This document shows positions 53,438-64,000 of a stretch of DNA of 64,000 nucleotides, piece by piece. The notes beneath the pieces are model-generated. The model was not told the origin of the DNA. It saw only the letters and a list, made by a program, of their open reading frames with translations, and searched no databases. Location of the stretch: NCBI RefSeq assembly GCF_006345805.1, contig NC_043004.1, positions 36,394,001 through 36,458,000 on the forward strand. The letters are read 5' to 3'. The position numbers and the translations under genes are program-made. This DNA is from Octopus sinensis. Its lineage: Eukaryota. Each line of letters opens with the position of its first letter. Positions within the stretch are counted from its first letter, which is position 1.

Positions 53438-55112
53438 CTAAAGGAATTTTGAAAAAATATTTCTATCATTAATGATTCTGGAAAACATAATTTATATAAC
53501 ATTTTCTTATTTATATGATTATATTGTTTGTTGAGGTTTAAATATTTTACCGACATTTAAGTATTGAATACAGAGAAAAATCTGAAAGTAGATTTTTTGC
53601 AGATACGAACATAAAACTTTTAATAAACAGACTAAATAAAAAAACATTTTATTTAAATGGTTTTCAATCTATATTTTCATCCCTCATATTACCATTCGTA
53701 GAATCATTTTAGTATTTCCGATTCTAAGCTCTTGAAAGGCTTAAAGTTTTGAAAATGAGGAGCAATATTGATCTTGCAAAGAATCAGGTGCAATCTCTCA
53801 TTAATAGAAAATGATGAATTAATTGCTCTTAACTAGAAATGTTGTTATCATTTTGTTTCGTTCCTTGAAGACCATCTTCAAATCCCATTGGGATCGACTT
53901 TGCATTGATCCTTTTGAAATCGATGGAATAAGAATCAGTGCTGTACTGGTCTCATTTCAATCGATTATCTCCTCTCCGTCAGATTTGATGTATTGCAACA
54001 ATTTAAGTGATCAATATTAAATTATAACTTATCAATCAATAATAAGTTGGTAACTGATAAGTTATTTGTTGTTGTGCCTGAAATAAGGATTCTGTTGATG
54101 GAACCTTTTGAAATGTTTTAGTTATTTTGTTATATAAAAAAAATGAAAAGGAATGGAAATACATTCTACTACAATCACACCACAGCAAAAGAAAAAAAAA
54201 ACAATAGAGAGACATAAACCATGAAATACTCATTGACTGAGCTCTGTTGCACTAAATTATCGACGGAAAATAAATTGTATTTTGATTGTCCCCAACCGAA
54301 CAAAATTGTTCAACACCTGTGACTTTGTGTAGATGACCAATTCCATTTTGACGCGAAGACGAATAAATAAAAAATGTTTGGAGAAAGTAATCTACTTAAG
54401 ATTCTATTGAAGCAATATAAAACAATACAAAAACAACAACCACATCGTACCAAACACATATTTACCACTGACCGTTCAAAAGTTTGTTTTGCATTTCATC
54501 AGAAAACTTGTTTAATACGGTAGAATTATACAGGTTGAGGATAGTACATGATTCTTTTATGCTCAATCCACATCTGCCCATAATCGTGTTTTATGGGGAG
54601 GGGCTCATCTCTAATAGACCAAGATGATGTGTCATTGAGATGTTCCCTAATTCTAAATCAAGTAGGAATTTAAATGGGTTCTCTATCGTCGGATGTATGT
54701 CGGGTAATGTTTGTGGTGCTTAGGAAAATTAAATTTCAGGATCTTAAAGAACAGTTTTGGTAAATGTTTCAGTCTGAGAGAAAATGGGGGTGCGAACCAA
54801 ATAATTTCTCTTTTTCTAGAGTGTGTTACCACATTAGAATGTTCAGATATAGAGGAACTACGTTTATTACGGTTGCTAAAATGAAGGTTATGAAGTTTAG
54901 TTGGTTAACAAAGGGTTTTCTTAGATGTTTATAATTTAAAGAAGAAATCGCATACGTAATTTCAAGATTAATGTCAGAGGTTAGCGAATTCGGTTTTGAG
55001 TTTAGTGTCAAGGATGTAGAAAATATGATTATGAAAGCCGCTTAATTTTAGGGCTTGATTGTAAAATGAGGCATGTGCACTAAAGATCCTCTTGTTTGCT
55101 TATATATATATA

Positions 55113-56294
55113 CTAGCATTATGAACCGGCGTTGCTGGGTTATAGTGCTAATTTGGTATAAATTTGTTAATTTAAAAATTTGGTGTAATAAAACATACAA
55201 TGAATTAAAATTCCAGAGAAAAATACGTAGAAGATAAATATATAAATTTACAAAAATACATAAACGTTCATCTACGGGCCGTTTCGGAGATGCGCCAATT
55301 TATATGAAACATATCATATATTTAAAATTGACACTCCCCTCGTCAGGATGTTTTTTACACGCAACACAGTACACGGAAACAAATACACAATTACATACCG
55401 GCTACATGCGAAAGACCAGACATTACGTACTACCCAAAATAGATACTGAATGCTACTTTATAAGCATATAATTCAATCTAGCAGCCATAGTAAATGGTAT
55501 GCGCACAGCTCCATCTGAACTAATTCACTTCTGCACTCAAATTTTTAATCTTTTATTTTCTCCCATTTATGCAAAGCCACATATTCAAGTTCAAGTCCTT
55601 GATACATTTTATACTAATTGCTATATTATCTTTTAATTGTTATATTACGATTTAATTACCAGATTTTAGTTTTATTTTAATTACTACTTGCTATATTTAC
55701 TATATTTAATTCAATTATTATCATTACCTCTAACTTTTATTGCTATTTTTATTTCTGAATTTCTTATGGAACGTCTAGTGGATCTTATGCGTAAAATATA
55801 TTTTTATATGATGTTTATATATTACTATATATTTCTAAACGTCGGGCTTTATATCTGTTCTGTAGATATATATGAATATATGTATGTGTTTGATCTTTCT
55901 GTAGATTTTGTAGTGTTCTTGTAGTTGCTGCTCGCATTGCCTCCCCTCGGATTAAAAAGTGCATACAGCTCATTTGAGCACTACTATTCCAGTTTCATAT
56001 ATTTTGAGCGTTGTTGTCACTAACGATCTCAATATATAACTTTTTATTTTGTAATATATATATATATACATCCATATACACACAATACGTAATACTGAAA
56101 TAGTGGAGAAGATATGATATTGCTGTGGGCATGTCCTAGTCAAGACGTTAAACATTTTTTTTGCCCACGACACTACATGGACCCTAAGTAAGGCATGTGT
56201 AAAATTTTTATGAAATTGGTTGTGTAGTTCTCAAGTTTTAGGGAGACAGACAGACAGACACATTCTCTTTCATATATATATATATATATATAGG
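55113..56294 (-). mobile_element. Non-autonomous Helitron-like element (about 1.2 kb)
   Basis: Minus-strand 3' end: hairpin at 55126-55138 about 10 nt before CTAG|T. 5' end: (TA)n then GAAAAGAGAATGTG(TCTG)n with a degenerate TC. Whether both ends belong to one element is inferred. Confidence 0.5.
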
Positions 56295-56625
56295 TAAGGC
56301 CAGTGTAGTTTGAACACTGATAGCTGGAAGGGATAGTCTACCGACAACAATGACCGTTTAAGGGTCTGCAGCAACACTGCTTCACCAATTTTTTCTTCTT
56401 CTTTTTGGCCCCAGCTGTGAATTGGAAACTGTTGGAAAAACATCTTTATTTCCTTACCCCACCTCTCTCTCCCTCCTTTTCTTTTTCTCCCTCTCTTTCT
56501 CCCCCCCCTCTCTCTCTCTCTGCTTTTTCTGGATTTACTCTACTAGTGTGTGTATGTGTGTATGTCCGTCTGTCTGTCTAAATGCTAATGTTTATGTGTA
56601 ACTGTATCCTTCACATGTAGACGCA

Positions 56626-56668
<43 letters not shown>

Positions 56669-59454
56669 CTGTGAACAAATGCCCGCACATGAACATGCTC
56701 TTGTAAGAAAATAGATATATTTAGCTGCATGTAATACTAAATAAGCTGTTAATTCAACACCAGGATATGGTTTTATTACGTTTATCAACAAATAAATTTA
56801 TTTGAAAACGGATTAGTCCATAGAAATCAGAAGATATATTGACACCTTATTATTATTTCCTTTAGGGATTCTCATCACAACTCCCTTTCGTTCTCTTTCC
56901 CCTCTTTCTCCCCGCCCATCCGTCTCTCCCCCTCTCTCTCGATCAATCCTATGAAAAGCTGTTACAAGAAAGAAACTTGATTTGGCGAAACATTTGTTTA
57001 CGTGAATTATATCACCACGCTTTATTAAATATTGATATTTCTTAACGATTTGACCAGAGCTAATCCATAACTACGTGACAGCTTTCATCGACGTATAATG
57101 CTAAAAATGATGTTAATAATTGTTGCAACATTAACTGCAATGCTTTTTTTTTATTAAATCAAATAATTTGTGCGAAACAATTACCGTATGTTATACGAGT
57201 CCAATGATTACGTATTTATTTTCAAAGAAAACATAGTTGTTTTATTCTATTGCTGTATTCTATCTAATTCAATTTACATCTCTTTATTTGGTTGCAGTAG
57301 AGCCGTCTGAAATGGCAGAAATATCTTTGCTAACAAATCATGTTGTCGTTTAGTCGTATTATTGCTCTGGATTATTTATAGTATTTATATTCTGTGATAT
57401 TTCTATGAATTGAAAAGCTGGATAGATCAGTAAATTTCCCAAATGCTCCGCCATATTGAGAGAGTTCTCTCCGTCGATAGGTAAATGTTATTGTTTAATA
57501 TGTTGTTGTAGTTATTGGTGTTGCAACTGGTTTTGTCGATTCGAGTTAATTGAAGTAATACGTAGAACAGTGTTGTACTAGTTGCAATATGTTTGTACTT
57601 AAAGTAGCTAACACCCCAAGGCTGCAGCATATTCTAATATTTCTATAGGCAGAAATATGTATTAACTGCCTCCATATTAACTCTTTGATTCCTTCCTTTC
57701 GTCTGTCAGAACATTCTGTTGCTGCTTGAAGAATCCTTTAATCATACTGAATATTATGGCTGACTGAATCGAGAGAATATCGGACAAACAGCCGAGGCGA
57801 GGATAACTCTTGCTATGTCGTTAGTACTGCAGTGTTTTATGACTGAAGCATTTTAACCCTGAACGGCTCAGTTGATATAAACTGAATGGTTAACACATGA
57901 ACGAGCGGCTCACCAATACCAGCAGCATAATAAAGTTGACGAGTGTTTTGTTAGCATGTCATTTGAAGCACATATCTTCCGATAGAGAATTAATCTGAGA
58001 CTGACTGCTATATTATCGAAATAAAGGCCTGGCTCTAATCCGTTTAATGTTATAAACATCCCTTAAGGACAGGGCTAACAATTGTTGCCCAGTTATTACC
58101 CATTTTAATTGTCTATGGGCAACACTAAATTACTCCCAGCGGTTCGATCTGCAGGTCTGTAAGTAACATGAGACTTAAACGATTTACCACTTTGTCAGAT
58201 TATTGGTTCATTCTATTTTTGTCATATTTTTACCGAGATTATTAAATCGGCACCACTTCAGACATCTAAAAAAAATGTGGTCTTCATTACCAGGTGTGGT
58301 CAGCAATTGGTCAATATTTTTAGCCTAACCTTTTGTGGAACCTCAGATATACATCAGCTTCTTACAGTAGCTTGGGTAGGAAGAAGAGACATTCATAACT
58401 CTGTGGTAGAGTAAACGATTCTGTAAAATAATTCCAATCAACCGTAAACAGAATCCTGGACTCAGTTTACTTTATTTTTTTATCCAGACACGACGCCATT
58501 AGTTTTTAAGCGTTCTTCGTCCTCTTGCAGCGTTATTGTTATCATTTAATAAAGTCTGGAGAGAGGGGGGAGAGAGGGGGGAGAGAGGGGGGAGAGAGAG
58601 ATACAGATGATGAAGGTAATATTCTCAGACTCCATCTCAAAATAATGCATTATTCATTTTGTACGCTCACAATTATAGAGTGGGGCAGGGGGTGACCAGA
58701 GACCCGAGTTTTGTCTTCCTGCACAGGTATTGGTATTTATCGATATCTGTATAAATCGAACATGTACAATTACGTTGTTAGATATACAAGAAAAAGAATA
58801 AGAGTCAACATCGGATGGACATTACACACACACACACACGGTATAGATGAAGGAAATGTTTCCTTGGTGTGTAAATTCTTAATGTTTCGTCTATTATCGA
58901 AGACATATCAACATTATTGTCTTCCTTCGTCTCAGACATATTCAAATATGTCAAACAACAAGGCACATCATCAGCGTAAAGGAAACAGCACGAGCTGTAG
59001 ACTCTTGTCTTTTGATGTCATTATTTCATCAATAGGAAAAAAGAGAACAAATCAAACTATCTCAGGTGTTTAAGACGCTTAGAATGTTTAAAATTGAATC
59101 ATCCACTTCATGGCAAGTGTCTGTTACGATACTAGCTTTTAAACTTTCATAAAAATAATTAATAAATTGAATTTAGCAAATGAGAATAAAAGAAACAAAT
59201 TTTGATTAAACATATTCAAGTGTCTTGAAATGAGTGTGGTACAAAGGAAGCTCTCTCTGTCTCTCATTTGATGGTTAATGATAATAATAAAGATTATCAT
59301 CTCCCTTGTCGTTAGAATGGCGAGAAAGATAGGAATTCAACACTTCAGTCCGGTCTGAGTTATACATCCGATTTGATCGACGCACCGGAAATAATCATTA
59401 ACATTTCACAGATAAATGTGGAGAGCGGCTGTATGTAACGCAGATATTTCCACC

Positions 59455-59538
59455 ACCAACACCACTACTACTACCACTATTACTACTGCTGCAACTACTA
59501 CTACTACTACTACTAATAATAATAATAATAATAATAAT
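59455..59538. repeat. Compound trinucleotide tract (ACC)n-(ACT)n-(AAT)n
   Basis: Directly visible; abuts a SINE C tail. Confidence 0.9.
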
Positions 59539-59680
59539 CCTTTCTGTTATAGGTACAAGACCCGAGATTTGGGGAGAGGGATAGTCGATTACATCGACCC
59601 CAGTGCGTAACTGGTACTTAATTTATCGACCGTGAAAGGATGAAAGGCTAAGTTGACCTCGGTGAACTTTGAACTTAGAA
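59536..59680 (-). mobile_element. SINE family C fragment; its tail runs into an (AAT)n/(ACT)n tract
   Basis: gattacatcgaccccagtgcgtaactggtacttaatttatcgac identical to the 44-kb copies. Confidence 0.78.
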
Positions 59681-59734
59681 GATGGGTCTAAATGTGTCCT
59701 GCATAGATTACTGGAAGGCATTTTATAGTATTCC

Positions 59735-60970
59735 CTACACATGAGTCCTAGAAACACTAACCTTGAACAAGGTAGCAGCAGAAATCATAAAATATATAGA
59801 ATATTCCATGAATAAATGGCAGACAGTGATACAGCTCCAGACAAAAGAGGGACTCATTAAAACCAAAGCCATCCCCATTAGAAGAGGAATATTCCAGGGA
59901 GACACGCTCCTTCCATTCCTTTTCTGCATGGCATTGACACTATATCTGACATGCTACGCAGAACTGGATGTGGATACGACTCTTTTCAGTCTTTAAGGAA
60001 GCTGACAAATACAAAAACAAAGTAATAGTACCTAACAACTATAAAGAAAACGAAGAAACAACAAAACCTATAAAGCAACTGAAATCCAAACTTAAAATGG
60101 AACAGCAACGGATCATGATAAAACGATGGCAAAAAAGCCCCTTAATGGAGAATACTGGACTAAACTAAACAGAAAAGAAATAGACAAAGCAAAATCCCAA
60201 CAATGCCAAAGAAGCTCAGGACTCAAAGCAGAGACTGAAGGATTTTTAATTGCAGTACAAGACCAAAGCCTTCCCACCAGAAATTACCAAAAACATGTAA
60301 TGAAAGGAAATATAAATAACTGCAGAATATGTAGAGATGGACAAGAAACAATAAACCATACTGTCTCTGGCTGCCCAGTCCTGGCTAAGAAGGAACATAT
60401 TCACAGAGACACGACAGAGTTGGGACCTACATACACTGGAAGTTATGTCAACACTATGGAATAACAACCAGAAAAAGATTGTATAGGCACACGCCAGAAA
60501 ATGTCACAGAAAAAGAGAAAGCAACAATACTATGTGATATGCCACTACACACAGATATAGAAATTAAGGCCAATAGGCTGGATATAGTTGTCAGAGATCG
60601 CCAAGAAAAAATGCTTTCTAATGTATCAATGCCAACATATGACAATATTTCTCTAAAAGAAACGGAGAAAACTTTCAAAATACAAAGATCTCGAAATAGA
60701 GGTAACTCGAATGCAGATCCTAAAAACAGAAACAGTTCCTATCATAGTAGGTGCATTAGGCATGATAAAAAAATATTCAGACAAATACATAACAAAAACA
60801 CCAGGACTTACAAACACATATAACATACAGAAAATTGCACTACTAGGTACCGCACCCATCCTACGTAAAACACTTTCAATACAGTGAAAATAAGAGCAGC
60901 CCAACAAACCACAGCACATACCCAAGGCACATAGAGCCGAACCGGTAGTGCAGTCAAAGCACGTGGTAAA
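59735..60970 (+). mobile_element. R4/Dong-type LINE, 5'-truncated with an internal deletion after RT motif 4
   Basis: RRGIFQGDTLLPFLFC (RT), SSGLKAETEGFLIAVQDQSLPTRNY..CRIC..GQETINHTVSGC (CCHC), TDIEIKANRLDIVV..VPIIVGALG..QKIALLGTAPILRK (RLE). Confidence 0.88.
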
Positions 60971-61596
60971 ATTAGAAGCCTTATACAGTTAGAAATCTAT
61001 TACAAAATAACCACCATAGGACTGCAAAAATACCTACTTCAGAAGTACAGAAAACTAGTACAAATAGCCATAAAACACGAACAAAGCATATTTTACTCCA
61101 GTGTCACTTTGATGGCATGCATTGCTCTCTTACTCAAAAATAGTAGTAGTAGAAGGAGGGGGAGGAGGAGAAGAAGAAATGGTGTCTGATAAGATACAAG
61201 GCCATTAATTTTTAGAGGGGCGTGTTCGGAAATAAAGTGCTTCCTAATCGAAGTATCAGGGTTAACTGTTAATAATGTATCTAGCAAAAACAGGTGAAAT
61301 CACGCAAAGATGGTGACCTGGAAATAGATATAACCAGAGTGCAGAGACTTGAATCAAAAAGATACACAACTAAATACAGTCGTGCTAATGGGACGTTTGA
61401 CTTTCTATTATCTCTGCACAACACTGTTGTTTTTCAACTGTATTTAATTGCTGTTTGAGGAACAAAGAAACTGACTATACCCAAGGTGGACAATGCCAAT
61501 ATATTCAAATCTCATCAGTGACAACATTGCTATTTTCGCATGTGAATCTGATAAAATAAACCATAAGTTGTAGATTAAAAATTTCCAGTCTTTGAC

Positions 61597-61752
61597 AATT
61601 CTGCTGCCGAGGTCGACTTTGCCTTTCATCTTTTCGGGGTCAATAAAATGAGAACCATTTGAGCACTGGGGTCCGTGTAATCGACCAGCACCCCTCCCCT
61701 CTTCTCCCACGAAAAAATTCAGAACTTGTGCCTATAATTGATGGGATTATCA
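61597..61752 (+). mobile_element. SINE family C fragment
   Basis: gccgaggtcgactttgcctttcatcttttcggggtc...cttgtgcctataattgatgggattat. Confidence 0.7.
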
Positions 61753-61784
61753 TTAAGCTAATACATGTTAATAAACAGTTTATT

Positions 61785-62051
61785 TTATCTTTAGGTTTAT
61801 TGACAACAAGTCTCCGCAAATCTCTAGAATCTTTCTAAGGATTCTTGCAGAATATAAGACGATACTTTTCTGCAAGGCGATAATGCCAGTTTCATTTTCC
61901 ATTTCTTTCAGTCTTTTAGGTAGCATTTTGGTTATTGCGCTAAGGGCACCTATTGTCGTTGAAACAATAGTTGTCTTAGTTTTCGACAATCTCTTCAGAT
62001 TTCTGAATAGATCCCGATATTTCTCAAGTTTTTCAATTTCTTTGGTATCGA
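61785..62051 (-). mobile_element. R4/Dong-type LINE extreme 3' fragment
   Basis: ORF 61780..61989: TTIVSTTIGALSAI...LQKSIVLYSARILRKILE; (AAT)n tract at its 5' junction (62052-62080). Confidence 0.75.
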
Positions 62052-62454
62052 CTTATTATTATTATTATTATTATTATTATAGCGTTCATCGTAATTGTTT
62101 TCTTTGTTGAGGATTTCGTAGAAGTGATAATAGGTGACGATAGATAATATACAGTTCCGTTAAAGGTTGTGCAAAACTGAAATGGGGAATATAGGATAGT
62201 GTCTTTAATTTTAGTCAAAGCTATACAGAAGGCATTGTCACTTAGTGTGTCTCAGTAACTGTCAGGAATCATATGAAATTGCAATTTTCGAATAACTATA
62301 AATCTTAAAAGTACATGCTGATATATGCCCTAAGTTGGACCTCTTATTCACATAATAACCGAACCTGGAACTTAACTATGTTCTATCCATAGCACTTATT
62401 GAGCACTACCTGATACCTTTGGGTCTCACCGACACCATTACCTCTCATAATCTA

Positions 62455-62455
62455 T

Positions 62456-62526
<71 letters not shown>

Positions 62527-62556
62527 GAGATAGAGAGAGAGAGAGAGAGAGAGAGG
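62455..62556. repeat. (TA)n-(CA)n-(GA)n microsatellite
   Basis: Directly visible. Confidence 0.95.
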
Positions 62557-64000
62557 TTTGTGTGGTATGTTCTCTTCTGTTTTTAATCATTTAAATTCTT
62601 CCTCTGAAGAAAGCTGGTTTCTAACAAACATACAAAGCTCTATCGTTGGAAAGCAGATAACAAAAACAATGTCAGATTTTAAACTTGCATATTTTTACCG
62701 TTCCACTTACAGATTCATTTTGCAATGTACGAGTTATTTATGTATGTACATATACATGTACATGTATGTATATATACATGTACTTTTACGTATGTATTTA
62801 TATGTATGTATATACACACATAAATATATATACAGACACACACATACATATATTTGTATATATTTATAATCATAAATTATGCGTCTCCATAAGTATCTAT
62901 ACTTGTACCTCGTACGTATATTGATGTTTAAGTAGAATAGTGATACATGTATCGTTTGAATATTTGTGTATACAAATGAAATCGAAGTTATTTATGCTAG
63001 CTTTCTAGCTACGGATACATACATACACACACACACACACACTCCCGCCATTTCTTACACCCCTCCATATGCAACCAGTTCATGCAATCTTAGATACATA
63101 TATAAACTTCTATTGATTTCTACTGATTTGTGTCCTTTTTCTCTTCTTTTGTCTGCTTTCCCCATATTGATTGGAAATATTTTAATGTAGACGGCCGGGG
63201 GATTATGGGAAATTCTAAGCATTAATTAGATTTCAACTAAATATAGCAGAAAACCTTTGAACGTAGATATTTTACCGATACGTTCAAGTGGAGCCGTGAG
63301 AATATTTTGGCACATCTGCTAGATAGCTTTTGGGTTGTATTTCATTCATTCCATTAGTTTGTCTTGCTTGCCTTTAAGGATTATATATGTACAGAGACTG
63401 TTCTAGTAGCATTCTTTACAGCCATGGGTCAGTGGTTTTCTAGTCTGCTTATAAAACCGCAATACGATTACAGATAATCGGAATGTATTTGACGTGAAAA
63501 CTCAAGATGATTACAATGTTATTATTATTCTTGTTTTTGTTTTTGTTGTTGTTGTTGGTTCTATTCATATTCTTACTGATGCTATATTTCTTCTTGTATC
63601 TTTCTCTTTTCCTAATAAGAACAGCGTATTGCAGACTGTCATTATAATGTTTAACCGCATCTCTCGTGTTCTGGGTTCAAAACTCCACATGCTGTGCTAT
63701 GCCGTCATCTCCCCGAAAACCACATCCCAGTAAAATAATTCATTAAAACAACTATTGCTGTCCCAATCCTAATATTTGGATAGCTTCACTGTTTCTTTTC
63801 GATATAAAATGTCGTCTGTTTGAATTGTTATTTTGATTTCTGTCATCTTTCTGCTGAAATACATTGGCAGACCCACAGTATAGCATGTTTTCAGACATTT
63901 TTTCTTTATATATGTGTCCTTTATATTTCATCATGCAGCCATAACTTTCCCAATATGAAAGATTCGTCGATACGTACATATGTGCGCGTGTGTATGTGTG

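Noticed and set aside
63752-63979. Minus ORF containing YWESYG as the missing upstream PTP exon (YWP motif)
   Set aside because: No further PTP similarity and no suitable phase-0 splice sites; the upstream exon is probably outside the window.

Overview
AT-rich, microsatellite-dense eukaryotic DNA, most likely from a coleoid cephalopod (Octopus-like; inferred from the tRNA-derived SINE families, not provable from the sequence alone). The only well-supported host gene is the 3' end of a receptor-type protein tyrosine phosphatase on the minus strand. Its exons 53277-53437, 52875-53010 and 30965-31033 have canonical GT/AG junctions and splice in frame to PQEAPRIVRQFHFHRWSEGENFPNSKLALVELLDMVEKWQHETGDSLPVTVHCMNGASRSGLYCAISCVLERINAEKEVDVFQAVKQLRLNRSQLVDNYEQFRFCHDVALEYIQDCYPNYT*, a D2-type pseudophosphatase domain with a Y-x-N tail. 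No upstream exon was found in the window. The rest is transposon debris (three tRNA-SINE families, five R4/Dong-type LINE pieces, CR1, RTE, Tx1/L1, Penelope, two mariners, two Helitron-type elements), a 1.4-kb tandem duplication and long (TA)n/(CA)n tracts that explain most listed ORFs. The most striking unexplained structure lies antisense within the 21.8-kb last PTP intron: six ATTGG-N12-TGACGTC (inverted CCAAT + CRE) modules at invariant spacing, followed by TATAAAA, an Inr-like site, a strong Kozak ATG and a possible splice donor (38790-39376). A duplicated 62-nt near-perfect hairpin also lies in that intron.
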